A stretch of 64,000 nt of DNA from Parcubacteria group bacterium GW2011_GWA2_43_13 (GTDB taxonomy: Bacteria > Patescibacteriota > Patescibacteriia > UBA9629 > GWA2-43-13), in contig LCFM01000004.1 of NCBI GenBank assembly GCA_000999025.1, positions 1,925-65,924 of the forward strand, given 5' to 3'. Under the pieces are notes generated by a model. It was not told where the DNA came from. It saw only the letters and a program-made list of their open reading frames with translations, and did no database searches. Of this stretch, positions 37,478 to 50,200 are shown one piece after another; the first letter of the stretch is position 1; each line of letters begins with the position of its first letter. Both the position numbers and the translations under genes were made by a program.

Positions 37478-40400
37478 CTACGCGGAAGTGTCTTGGCTTT
37501 GAGGTACAGATTCTTTCGTTTCTGGGGCAGAAGGCACTTCTTGAGTGCTACTTGTTTCTGTATCTGATGAAGCTGGCTGTGTGCTCTGGGTGGTTTGATT
37601 TTCCGCGACTGTTCCGATTTGCTCTGCTGTCTCGGCTCCTTGGCGAAGAATGGTACCTTGTCCCTCTTGAGTTTTCGCTTGACTGTCTTTCATAATCTCT
37701 TGCGTTCTTCGAGTTGTTGTCACTTGCACACGTGATTGCCGTGTCGCTCTATCACTTGCCTGTCTTCGTGTTGTTTGAGCTTCTTTTTTCTCCTGTTGCA
37801 ATGCCGCGGCCCCTGTCGCCTGCACTGTTTCACTCATCTGTTCTGCTCCTTGCATAACTTGTTCTGCCACATCTCGTAATGCGTCACCCACATCAGCAGA
37901 GCCGGTCTGCGCTTCCGATGATGAAACGCTCGGACTCCCTATTTCTTGATCAACTTGCTCTGAATCAAGACGAGCGCGGAATGCGGATTGTTGCTTTGCC
38001 GAAGCAGGTGGCGAAAGCGTACCGGATTTAAGCACTGATTGCATAAAACGCATTGACGGATCCTGGCTTTGCTCAACCATGGTTTTCATTGCATCGTTCA
38101 GCTGATACGTCGCGTCGTCTTTCTTTCCATATCGTGTCGCGTTGACCAATGATGTGCTTAAAAATTCATCTGCGATTATTGCTTCAGGCGGTTCTGCTCC
38201 ATACGTACCTTTATATTCTTCTGTTATTTTCTGCTGTACGCCAGCTTTTTGATCACCCAATGCATTCCAAAATTGCATCAGCACATCTTGAGGCAATTTC
38301 CCAACAAAGCTGTGCATTTTTTCTTCAAGCCCTGTAAGATATTGTTCTTGGCCCCCACGCTCGCCTTGATGTAAGTTTGCATCTGTATTAACAATCCGAA
38401 CAGTGCCTGATTTTTCCAGCCCTTGCCGAGCCAGCGCGCGTTCCGCTTCGCTATATCCTTGAGATGCCATCTTCTGGTCAAGCGCGTTGAGAAGTTTTTC
38501 TAATGTCTGCTGATCCTGTGGGTTTGCATCTTGAACATGAAGGGTCGCGCCAGCAACATCTTTCATGCCAGCGACATGTAATATATCTTTATCAAGATAT
38601 AATTTCGGGTTGCGCGTCTCTAACCCTTTTTGCTGTTGAGTAATCACTGAATCAACTCCACCAATTCTGTCTTGCGGTTTTCGTGTATCTTCAATCTGAA
38701 TGCTTTCGGCATTTTTAAGATACTGTTCAAACGCCTGAAGTTGCGGGCCAACAACCCCTTGCTCTTGCGATTGCTTTAATAAATCCGGTAAAAACTTTGC
38801 AATATCACCGCGTGACAACATGTCCTGATTTTTAGCAATACCCCATTTTTCTTTATCAATCCGCAGTGCTGGATTTATATTGTTGTTGCGCCCCTGCAAT
38901 CCTTGCAGTTTATCCTGGGCTCGACGTTGATCATCCTGCACCTGCATCAATGCTTCACCGCCTTCACCACGATCTAACAAATCACGCTGTTGTTGTATTG
39001 CTTGATCTGCCTCTTGTTGCGCGCCGTCTATTTGGCTTGATATGGTATCTTTTTCCTGCATCTGCTGAACAAATGTCTGCGCTCCGATTTCTAATCGCTG
39101 TTTGCCCTGATCCTGAACAATCACATTCTGCGCCGCTATTGTGACATTACCCATGTTTCCACCCACCACCCCCTTCTCAACTTTTTCTGTTTTCTCTTTC
39201 TCTTCTCCATCAAGACGAAACATATCAAAACGACCAGATGTAGGTGACGCCTTACTGTCCGCAAAGGTTTTACTGTTTTCTAATCTACGTTGCGTCGTCT
39301 CAATTGCTCGCACATCCTCATCTTTCAAAGCAGAATTCTTCACATACTTCCCAGTAGCGTCCTTAAGATACTTCCCTGTAGGATCTTTTTGATAAATGTC
39401 ATGATTATCTTTATCTAAATTGACTGCGGCTTTTTGAAGATTAGTGCCTCGTTGAGCCACTTCGTGTAATCGCTTAATCCCTGTTAATGCTTCTCCCTGT
39501 TCGTCAGCGCTTCCAGTCTCGGTGATGTCTATTAACTTCTGCATCATCGCGCGGAGTTGTTCTGAATCTTTGATATCATCAGGATCCGATACATCTTGCG
39601 CCCACTTTACCGCATCGGACCCTTCTAATGTATGGTATGTCTCAGCAATAGCCGCCTCTTTCTTTGCCCTCCCCATTGGAGTAATTTTCTTCCCACTAGC
39701 AGTACGCGCGATAGTACTTTGCATCTTCGCACTTTTTAGTGCCTGAACTCGCTCCGTTGCTTTCTTTTTATATCCAGCTCTGTTTTTTGACATCGCAAGC
39801 CCAGTACGCTCTGATACGGCACGAACTCCGGTAAACTTTGCAAGTTGCCCCCAACCACCACGCGCGCCAGCGACATTATCAACCCCTTTCTGAAGCCACT
39901 TTGCACGGGCAAGAGTCCCTCCTGCAACTTTAAATGGCGCTTTAAGCGTACCTTTCAACGCCCTCCCTCCCCCCTTCAACACCGCCCCTCCCGCGCCCTG
40001 TAACTTCCCCATCATTGTGCCGGCGAATTTTCCGGCAATACCGGATGTTTGACCTGCGTATTTTAATGCCATCCATAACACGCCAATAGAAATCACAAAA
40101 CTCAACATGTTCACAGGGGACCCAACTGAAGACACTCCTGCAGATAAATCACCTGTTGCTCCTGTTATAGAATCAAACGTACTATGCGACGTCCCCATGA
40201 TTGCAAACGAAAGCCAGAGAAAAAATGCTAAAATCGGGCCCATGGGAACATATTTGCCAAATTCAGTCATCCACTGGCTTGCATATTTTTCACCAAACGG
40301 CACTGCCCGCATCACAAAAAATACCGGTGAGGTAATTGTTAAAAACCATAAAATAACAATACGAGTAACAAAAACCAAAAGATATACAAGAACTGTAACA

Positions 40401-41056
40401 ATTGCGACAATAAGCATGACTATCGCCAAAAGATACGCGCCTAAAACTTCCCCGCTATTCCCTCCTACAGCATTGGAAAATTGTATCATCTCTCTAAGCC
40501 CCAGCGCTTCTGTCATATTTCCTGCGGCGGCACTTTTGTACGCGTTAAAAAACATCATAGTAAACACATGCGCAAAATCAATCGCAAGCCCTACTATCGT
40601 TTTGCTGAAATTAACCAATATCGCGGCAAGCAACACTTTGCCCAGCATTGATTTGTAACTATATTTTTGGACATTAAAGATCGTTCCAAACGCAATCATC
40701 ATCATAAAAATAATAAACCCGACATTCAATATATCTCTCATCACAAGCCACCCCTTAATAACAGCTGGTTGATAAATAATATTATTGTATGAAGCAATCT
40801 GAATGAGAAAAGAAACTATAATAGCAAGTATTTTCCCTAATAACCATACAATACTTCCCAAGGTGGCATTTATAATACCATTAATTATTTCAGCTACCAA
40901 AGCATGCGCTATCGCAGGAGTTGCAAAAAAGATAGCCACGAAAAATACCGCCACTAAACACAACACAGCCGCTTGTGTGCGACTTAAAAATGGCTGTTGA
41001 TTTTTTATACAAAAAAATTCTTTCATCCGGAATGAGATAATTCTCGCTTCATACAA
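37478..41056 (-). CDS. VirB6/TrbL-like polytopic membrane protein with a long soluble C-terminal tail
   Basis: GWLVMRDILN..IAFGTI..LVNFSK..RIVILW..SP..W; ~7-8 TM helices then ~800 aa of Q/S/T-rich tail; the start may be ATG at 41026. Confidence 0.7.
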   Translation of the reverse strand: MYEARIISFRMKEFFCIKNQQPFLSRTQAAVLCLVAVFFVAIFFATPAIAHALVAEIINGIINATLGSIVWLLGKILAIIVSFLIQIASYNNIIYQPAVIKGWLVMRDILNVGFIIFMMMIAFGTIFNVQKYSYKSMLGKVLLAAILVNFSKTIVGLAIDFAHVFTMMFFNAYKSAAAGNMTEALGLREMIQFSNAVGGNSGEVLGAYLLAIVMLIVAIVTVLVYLLVFVTRIVILWFLTITSPVFFVMRAVPFGEKYASQWMTEFGKYVPMGPILAFFLWLSFAIMGTSHSTFDSITGATGDLSAGVSSVGSPVNMLSFVISIGVLWMALKYAGQTSGIAGKFAGTMMGKLQGAGGAVLKGGGRALKGTLKAPFKVAGGTLARAKWLQKGVDNVAGARGGWGQLAKFTGVRAVSERTGLAMSKNRAGYKKKATERVQALKSAKMQSTIARTASGKKITPMGRAKKEAAIAETYHTLEGSDAVKWAQDVSDPDDIKDSEQLRAMMQKLIDITETGSADEQGEALTGIKRLHEVAQRGTNLQKAAVNLDKDNHDIYQKDPTGKYLKDATGKYVKNSALKDEDVRAIETTQRRLENSKTFADSKASPTSGRFDMFRLDGEEKEKTEKVEKGVVGGNMGNVTIAAQNVIVQDQGKQRLEIGAQTFVQQMQEKDTISSQIDGAQQEADQAIQQQRDLLDRGEGGEALMQVQDDQRRAQDKLQGLQGRNNNINPALRIDKEKWGIAKNQDMLSRGDIAKFLPDLLKQSQEQGVVGPQLQAFEQYLKNAESIQIEDTRKPQDRIGGVDSVITQQQKGLETRNPKLYLDKDILHVAGMKDVAGATLHVQDANPQDQQTLEKLLNALDQKMASQGYSEAERALARQGLEKSGTVRIVNTDANLHQGERGGQEQYLTGLEEKMHSFVGKLPQDVLMQFWNALGDQKAGVQQKITEEYKGTYGAEPPEAIIADEFLSTSLVNATRYGKKDDATYQLNDAMKTMVEQSQDPSMRFMQSVLKSGTLSPPASAKQQSAFRARLDSEQVDQEIGSPSVSSSEAQTGSADVGDALRDVAEQVMQGAEQMSETVQATGAAALQQEKKEAQTTRRQASDRATRQSRVQVTTTRRTQEIMKDSQAKTQEGQGTILRQGAETAEQIGTVAENQTTQSTQPASSDTETSSTQEVPSAPETKESVPQSQDTSA

Positions 41057-41094
41057 CTATTATATCACAAATATAAAAAAAGCAGGTACACAAT

Positions 41095-41198
41095 AATACC
41101 CCGCCCTTGCCCTCCCCTCTATAGGAAGCATCCCATAAAACGCAGAGACGCGACGATGCCACGTCTCTAACAAAGACGCCCCATCGGGGCGTCTCTAC
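41095..41198. repeat. Composite intergenic repeat: degenerate CCCTCC element plus a GTAG-REP doublet
   Basis: aataccccgcccttgccctcccctctatagg...GCAGAGACG..CGTCTCT..AGACGCCCCatcGGGGCGTCTCTAC. Confidence 0.75.
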
Positions 41199-41211
41199 AC
41201 TATTCTGTATT

Positions 41212-44200
41212 CTACTCCTGAATCTTGACTGGTAAAGAAAAGAACGTGTTATCGTTCTGATCGCAGTCCGATCCCCAATTCCCCGCCCCACTGGCTGGTT
41301 CCGAGATATTGTCTGCGCCATTGCACCATCCCCAGTTATCAGTCACACGAATGCGAATCTTAATATCCGTACCAACAACACCTGAACCATATACATGCGT
41401 GTACCGATGTGGGCTTGCCATATCGCGGCGCTGATCAATGGCAAGATTTGTCTGGCGGGTAAAACTGCCATCTCCCCAGTCAATTTCTATGGCCTTAATC
41501 GGCAAATGATCAATAGGAACATTTGTTGTAAATGCCAACTGAACTGATCTTTGCTCGCCGATGCTAACCACAGGAGTAGGAGTAATAGCAGATTTTTGGC
41601 CAATCTTCACCCCATTCGCCTGCACTTCTAAAATTTGAGGAGCATAATACTTACATGTCCCTTTCCCCTTATCACAAGAAGAACCCAACGCGCAAGAAGA
41701 ATCCAACGCGCAAGGAGAACCCAACACGTCGGAGCAGAACTGCCGATTAGAGGAACAAACCAACATACCACGCTTATCCACTACTCCCCCTTCAGAGCGA
41801 TACCCTTGAATACCATCATCCCACTTAAATCGCTCGAATATCTTACTAAACACACTGAAAATTCGATTTAATCCAGTAGATGCAAGCGTTGTAGATGCAA
41901 GCGTTGTGGAAGGCGCCACAATAGTTGTTGGCGTACATACTCCTGGTGGTTCATCTGCTGGTTTCGGCGGTGTTGATGTCTCGCAATTGCTTGAAATTTT
42001 ACATGATTTCCCAAGCTTATCTTTTGCGCCCTTCGTACACACATTCCCTGCGGGACATGATCCGCCTGGGCAATCTTTTGGCGTAAAACACACACTTCCG
42101 TCTCGCGCGCCACCAACACAGGTATTAATGGTTGCATCATACGCAAATGCCATATTGCCCCTGTGCGTTTCTGTGCATAATTTTGCCTGCTCGTTGTTTT
42201 GCGTATCTCCACTGCTAAACAACAATAATGGACTTTGAATAATTTGATCAGGCACAAAATCGTTATTTGTATCAAGCGTCCTTAGAATATCTGACGGCCG
42301 ATCAATAGCAGGCGCGGCGCTGAACGGCAAACACTGTGTGTTCACGCCAAATTGAACAGGTTTTTCAAGCGTATACGTTCCCTGCATCCGCGACGCCCAT
42401 GCCGCATTTGTTCCATCATCATCAACTGTTTTAACCAATTCCGCGCAATATAATGGACGTGAAATGCGCTGTACCTTCTTTAATGTGGAAACACCTTCAA
42501 GGACAAGGAAACGATCCATCACCCTATCCCGTACACCAGCATGGGTAGTTAATTTAGTAAAACCATCAAATACCGCATCAGAACTGCCGGTACAGTATGG
42601 TTCTGCACAATATGATTCCCGCGGGTCATATCCAGAATGATCATCATCATCACAGAAATTAGTATCGTCAGACCATTCATAAATAGCCGCCTTATGGTAT
42701 ACCTCTAATAATTTATCTGTATAACACGAAGAATCTGAAGAACTTGCGCAATCACTTGATGAAGAAAATTGCAGGGTTTTAATCCGGTTATCATCTGATG
42801 ACTCTTTTCCTGTCACTTCTAAACATCCGCCTTTGACCTCGCCGTCGTCAGCACCTGTCGACTCCACTCCAATCCGTCCGCTGGCGTTAGCGGTCAAATG
42901 TGGATTAAACACATTCACTGAATCACCTAATAGCCAATCATCTTCTGATAAACTGTAAAACGCTGGTTTAGGATCGCTTGCAATAGCAAACTTCCAGCAT
43001 CCGGCATCTTTATCAAGCGGGTTCCCTCTAAACGCAACGCACACAAAACGAGGCACATCATATCTTGGCGGAAGTGGCTTTTCTTTTGCCACGGCGCAAT
43101 GGTATACAGGTCCCGGACCTTGGTAGCCAATATTTTCCGGCTTGGTGAATATATTGGTTTCGTCTTTAATCACATCAACCGGATACCATTGAATACACAC
43201 CGCAGGGTTTGCCGGATCACGCTCCATGCACAACCCTTTCCATCCGCGCACATACTGGCCTCTATCATCTATAGCATCGCACTGTAAAGCAGATGATGCA
43301 GGATACAGCCGGCATGACGGAGCGGAATCAAGCAACGGTCGCTCGGTCTCTTTTGCCACGCGCAGTACCGGCCGAATTTGAATATCATCAAACACAACTG
43401 ATCCTGTAATATCCTGCATAAGGTCAATACGCAAGGAACGCGTTGTGCTGTGCGTTGTGAAATCTTTTGCAAAAAACTGCCACTGATTCCCAAGAGTAAA
43501 ATTCGATGTATCCACAGCAAGTACAGAACCAACTGCTCCGCTATTCCCGCTCTCCGGCGCTCTATCATTATTAAATTGAACAACTTTCACCAACGTCTGC
43601 GCTCTATCAGTTCCAACAGTGCTCTGGTCAAGGTTTCGCGTATTCACCCACCCTGAAACCACATACGTAGTATTCCCCCGAATGTTTGACACGCGCGTGG
43701 ACATGCCGGTTTGCTCTCCTTCAGAAGACGCGACAGTTTGAAGAAACGCGGCAATATCCACATCAGATCCGCGAATCAAATCACACTTCCCGTCGCACAC
43801 ACTTTGCTCATACCAGATGATATCTGAATACTCCAAACGCGATGTATTGGAAAATACCACATCATCAATTATTAATGCAGTAGCGCCTGAATCAGCGCGT
43901 TGGAACCTCACCGCGAGTTTGCGCGATTCTACTGAATCTACTTTTAAAAATGTGATGGTAAATGTTTTCCATGTATCGCCAGTTGATGATACATCTAATC
44001 CTGAAACAAAAGCTCCCAATCCAGTGCTTCCGGTATCATAACTATTTTTAAGTTCATCTTCATTAGGATTTTTATGGAGTTCAACCTTTAATGTGCCTGT
44101 GCCTTTTATTTTTCCTTTTATAGAATATGACTCACCTGCTTTCATCTCATCTAAAACCATTGCCACTTCCGCTTTCTCTACCCCGCACCGCGCGCCCAAA

Positions 44201-47200
44201 CCCGAACAATCAGTGTCCTTTGTACACACTGCGCCTTTGTTTGTTCCTGCGTCACCGTCACATACCCTTTCAGATGAAGTAATTTTTCCAATCTGAAACG
44301 CCTGCCCGCCATCTGAAGAAACAAGCTTGCAGTTCGTGCACCCAACGCTTTTATACCAATTCACAGGTCCGGTTGGTTGGGATGACGCGTTCGGCATCTG
44401 GTTTAATACATTATTCGGTACATTCTGTTCAAAATTAAACACCCGAGTCAAACCGTTATATGGCACAAAACGAGTATTGCGCAAAGAAAACACTCCTTCT
44501 GTCTTTTTTATAACATCAACAATCACAAATGTATTACTAAAATCGCCACGAGGGACATCAATGATATGCGAAAATGATTTCTTTTCCGACGGCGCAAGCG
44601 TAATGGTTTCTGTTGTTGCCGTTGTGTCTAACGCCTTCTCATCACCAGCCCTCCACCCTTCTCGCGTTACATCATTCGGCGCGATGTACTTGCCTGCGGC
44701 GTCTTTACCAGCATAGAAGAAACGATACCGTATATCAATACTTCCAGGCGCGCCTGCGTATGATTGCGCTTCACCGGTAAATACAAATTTTCCAGGCACT
44801 CCAAAAAGTTGTATATCAGCGCTGTATCGGTTTTGAAGAATCTCACGAGATGAAGCATCAGATGTTACCGACCCGATACGCAAGGATCGGACACCGCTTT
44901 TTACCTCTTTGGTATCAAGCGAACACGACCCCTCGCACGGTTTTTGAATAATCCAGCCATCAGGAAAATTATCCTCGTTTACATCTTTTTCAAAATCAAA
45001 GTTCAGTACACTTGCTGAATCACCCTCAACGCTCATAGCGTTTGGATGATAACTTCCCGAAATTGTTTGACCTGTATTAAATACCAGCCCTGGTCGAGCG
45101 AGCCCGCTTCTGCGCGTAAATTCTTCAAAATCACCTCCTCCTGTAAATCCGGTACCAATAGAATCAGCAATTGCCGGTTGCGCATAAATAAATGACCGGG
45201 AAATATCACTATCATCAACGATGTCCGTACATTCGCCATTCTCGCCCCAGTCGCGGCACGCAAAACGATCAAAACACACCTGTTTCTCTTTTCCATCCGC
45301 GCCAATAGTAGTCGCGCCTGAACGGCACTCCAGCCATTCGCCACATACTCGATCATTTTCCACCCGAACCGATTCCGCCTGCCTTTGCGCGCCTTCTGTT
45401 GCCACGCGTTCCCAGTATTCTTTCCGATTTTCATTTTCAAACGGTAATGGAGCGATAAATGTTCGGAATGCACGGCATGATCCAAAACTCAAATCAATAT
45501 CAGTGCACGCCGCTCCATTTTGAAGGCCAGTACCAAGAGTAATAAATTGACTGGTAAGATCTTTTTCTTCCCGCACTTCAGTACATGACGCCTCTTGTTG
45601 AGGACACAATCCGGCATATCCGTCGCTTGGTTGCGTGTACTCATTAGATGAACGTGCGCCTATTGGCTGAAGAGTAGCAACAGGACATGGCGAAGATGTT
45701 CCTTTTATCAGCCACGCATCGCCATTAAACTCACACACCTGTCCTTGAGGCGCTTTAAATAACGCAGTCCCGCTCTCCACAAGTTTGCCGTCTTGATTCT
45801 TTTTCATCACAGTATACTGCTGGCACATAGAACTCTTTTCACTGCACACAATGCGGTCATACTGATCAGGCCTCTCAATCAACGCAACGGGATTGAATCC
45901 AACAAGCGCGGGACTCAACGCTCCATCTGACTGTTGTTTATTTTCTATATTTGGTTGCGCATACAGCATACATCCCATTTCTGATGATTGGCACTGCGCT
46001 TCCGGCGTCACTTTCACAACTTCAACAAAATCCTGTGGTATAAGGGTCAGCCGATCCTCGCCTTCAAAGTGAACTTCTTCTTCAATGGCAGTATTATTAT
46101 TGGTATTAATAAGCGCTTCGCATCCCACATCACTTTCAGGGCATGGTTGGCTGAATTTATACAGATACACATTCGTTTTTGCGCTTACCCCCGGCATGCG
46201 CGTTGAATACGCGGAACATCCTTGATATGCCTGATCAATGCATATCTTCGGAACAGGAGACCACGAATCCCGCACCCGATAAAACACATCAGTGCGAGTG
46301 CTCATTTGAATCTGATCAATCAATAACCGCGCTGAACCTGCATCCGGATATGAAAAATACATAACAAATTGATTGACGCTCTGCATCCCTTCATCAGATA
46401 ATGCATTTTTATACACCAGCGGTCCAAGCGTCGCGGTATGCCATTCATTATCAGGAATCAGCAGTGTCTCTGACACATCTGTTTCAGCAGGGCCGTACGG
46501 AAGCGTAACACGCGGATACTGATCAATGGAGAGAAATGACGAGACAGCGCTGGCAGAACTTATTTTATACAGTATGGTTACGGAATACTCCCTGCCTGTT
46601 TGTAATATACTGGAAAATCCGGTTGATGGAAGTTTTGCCCCACCAGTTCCTGATGGAAGAGCCAATGACTGCGTTTCCCCATCCGACTCTGTGGCAAGCA
46701 TTCCGCCTTCCCATGGCGATGTTCCTGTATTGAAATCGCTTTTAAAAATCATTTGAACATTTCCGGCTTTAGGCCCTTCATATCTTCTGCACATATTGTC
46801 CGTGGCAGAACATTTCGCGCTTGCGGACGGCAGAATATTCATACGCTCGCCTGTGGTTGTTCTCCGTAAAAGACGGCAATCATTTGAAACCGGTACGGTT
46901 TTACTTTGAAGGATAAACACGTTTCGACCTTGAGAATCAATAAATTCACGGCAATCCGGATTGGTTGCTGTAGTATCAGGACTGCACACTGCCTGCGTTG
47001 CAACAGTATCAGCGCACACTGTTCCTTCATCGCGCATAGCAGGATTTGTGCATGGACTGTTATTGATATTGCTCTGTAACAAATCAACAGCCCGCAGTTG
47101 GAAGCCGAAAATATCAGCGCCTTCCCAGACAAAATACCGTTTCTTTACTCGATCCTCACTATCCGCAACTGTTTGGCTTACATTAGCGCACCATCGTGTA

Positions 47201-50200
47201 TTGGTATAATATTCCCGGGCTTCAGATGTTCCAAGATTTTCCGCATTCACATTAGTAAACTCTTCGCACCCAACTGCAGTGGCATTGCATACCTTGCCGC
47301 CATTATCTCCAATCGGAATAAAGCTCACAGTTTTATATCCAGGATCAAGCCGGGTCGGACTTTCGATATAATCATTAAACCCGACACACTGGGCAACGCA
47401 TTGGTCCCCTTGCACTAACTTCGCGTACACGGTAACAGGGTTGCTTGTATTGTGCGGAATAAACGCCTGACAACCGATTGCTTCTGTACCCCGACACATC
47501 GCCCGCTTGCTGTTTAAAAATAATTCTTCTGTAGAGCGAAATCCTTCAACTTCTGTCGAATAATCACCTTGTTCAGCATTCGCGGTAATAAGTTGAGTAA
47601 TCTGGCCTGCCGAAGGTAAGATAAGTTTATCTTGATCATCTCGTTTTGGCACAACGCGCACATAGCGCTGACATCCGGCAGATGTCGGTTTGCATGACTG
47701 CGCTTTCGCGTTTAAATGAATAATCGCATTCGCATCAGAGCCGGCAACACTGCACGTGCTTACCAATTCTCCGCCTGCATCACGAATTTCGCATGAATCC
47801 TCTCCCACGCCAATCTGACATCGCGCCCCTCCGGCAACTGTGCACCAAAAAACCCCATCTGCTTCTGTTCCGGGGATCGAGGTAAAGGCGCTATCAAGTA
47901 ACGGAGTTGAAGTATTTTCCAATTGTATGGCAATTGAAGAAGATATTTTAGGAACACTCATTCCCTTTACATCAGGGTTTGACACGCGCAATAACTCGCG
48001 GCATCCAATACTAGAATCATCTTTGCATCCAGTTGTATCAAGCGTACTCTTAAGATACGACACCTGCTGTTTCTTGCTATCTTTAAAGGTCTCGCACGAA
48101 GCATATTCAGGCCGACATGCTTTATTTTGATCTCCAAACTGCCACTGATACTTCTCAAGCGTGCAATACCCATAGCGCTTGCAATTTCCTTTATCATCTT
48201 CTAATACGCAGGTCTGCTCATCTGCGCAATAATCAGCGCGTTGAATGGCAATACTTTTTGCTTTTTTAGGATCTGATTTATTTTCTTCTTCTTGGCGCGA
48301 AATAATTTGCTCACCAGCTCCAGTAGCCGCGCACTGCACCTGCGGCGCCTTTAACACCCATTGAGGATTAATCAATCCAAAGTATGGATTATCGGAAAAC
48401 GGAACAACTTTCCCTGCTTTCCCTTCACGTGGCACAACAAGCGTGGATCCACCACATACGATATCTGCAACAGAAAGGACTGTTACTGTCCCAGGATTCA
48501 CCCCAACAACTCGTGTAGTACACTGAACCGCGTCATCGTCATTCGGAACAAAAATAAGCGACTGGCCGACATAAAAATCACGAGTGTAATCCTTACTGCT
48601 TGGCAGATTAATCTGCATACCAGTCGCGTTCTCGCTTGCAGAAGCACCCTCGATTGGAAGGACATTTTTTGCCGGTTTATCAAACGCGAACATTAAATCA
48701 CCCAACGTCTTTGGACTGTCATATCTATTGATATACTCGGCCGCTAATTCCCATGAAACCGGTATAATCCGATAATGGCGCAACAGCGCTAAACTGCGAT
48801 ATGGGTATCCATTGCCGACTTTCGGCTCTATATCTTTTTTTTCATATCCGAATTTCCAATCAGCATGAAGAAGATTTTTCTCAATCGCCTCTTTGACAGT
48901 CAACTCCTGCTTGACTGCCTCGGCAAACCCGGAATCAATAATGTTTTCATTATATTCCGTAAACCCGTTTCCGCTTGATGACGAACGCGATAGCAAGGTA
49001 ACCGCATCAATAGATGTGGCCGATTTATACGCCGGCGCGGCAAGCGAGGCAAACCGTTTTTGCGCGACTTTCACTCCGCCAAGCGCCGGAATCGCGCCCT
49101 TTTGCGTTGCTTGCTGTGCTGTGGCAAGATTGGTATTCAACCCGGGTCCGTCATAATACTTTTTAACCAATTGCGAAACAAGCGTATTGGTAAAAATACC
49201 AACCGCATCTGCAATCGCAACGCCGGTGTATTGAGCAAATTGATTATTCGATTGTTTCAGCGATTCAACGCCAAGCGCATTCACTAATGTTGACGGCGTT
49301 TTAACAACCCCGGAAACCGTTGAGGTAATACTGTCTGTTACGCCTTGGAGACCCTGAAAATACTTACTCTTTTCTACTTCTTTCGCCGCTTTGTTATTCG
49401 CTTCTGATGTCAGTTTTAACTGCGCGCCTATAGGATTGCTTTCCGGATTAAACATTTTGGATAAATCAGCAAGTTCGCTCCCAGGAGTTGTCGGCTTTAA
49501 CGCTCCTCTGCGACGGTCATCATTCATGGTATCCACCATGCCATACAACTCTTTAAACCACCCGTCAAACCGATTAAGGTATTCGTTAATCTGTGTTTTG
49601 CATACGTCTTGTCCTTCTGTTGCTCTTACGCAAAATGGTTGAATAACAGTAAAATCCTTATTAGAAAAAAGAGTGGAAAAAAAGTTTTCTTGCACTGCAT
49701 AGCCATATGTGGCAGGAGTAGCTGGATTATTGGTCAAACTTTCAAGGTATTCAATATACTTCTCTGCCCCGGTAAACGTAGATGGTTGTAGAAATGATTT
49801 TGTTCGCTCTTGTTCGATCTGAAAATACAACGCCACTTCATTAGCCACTGTGGCGCATGGACTGTCTGGATCTTCTAAATACGACGCAGGACAAATTTCT
49901 TTACTGATATATATCTGCCGAAAATAGTCCTCAAGTTTAAGAGAATCACCATAATAAAGGTATCCAAAATTATATGTCTGAATATAATTTTTATTCAGCA
50001 ACACGCCAGCATCAAGCATTGATGAAATAATGGATACAAATCGTTTATTCGCGCCTGCCTCATCTAATTTTTGCGCGCTTAAATCCTCAACCACTTTTGT
50101 TAATACATCTGTCGCGCCTTGCAGTGTTTCTCCGACTTTCAATAATCGAGCACGCGCCGCATCACCTATCTTTTTATCATTTTTGATAATATCGGTTATT

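Noticed and set aside
41049..41321. 90-aa minus-strand ORF
   Set aside because: Mostly translated REP and CCCTCC repeats (VETPRWGV, GEGKGG) overlapping the end of the giant gene.
41876..41908. 15-nt tandem duplication (STTLA x2) in the giant protein
   Set aside because: Ordinary slippage in a Ser/Thr linker.
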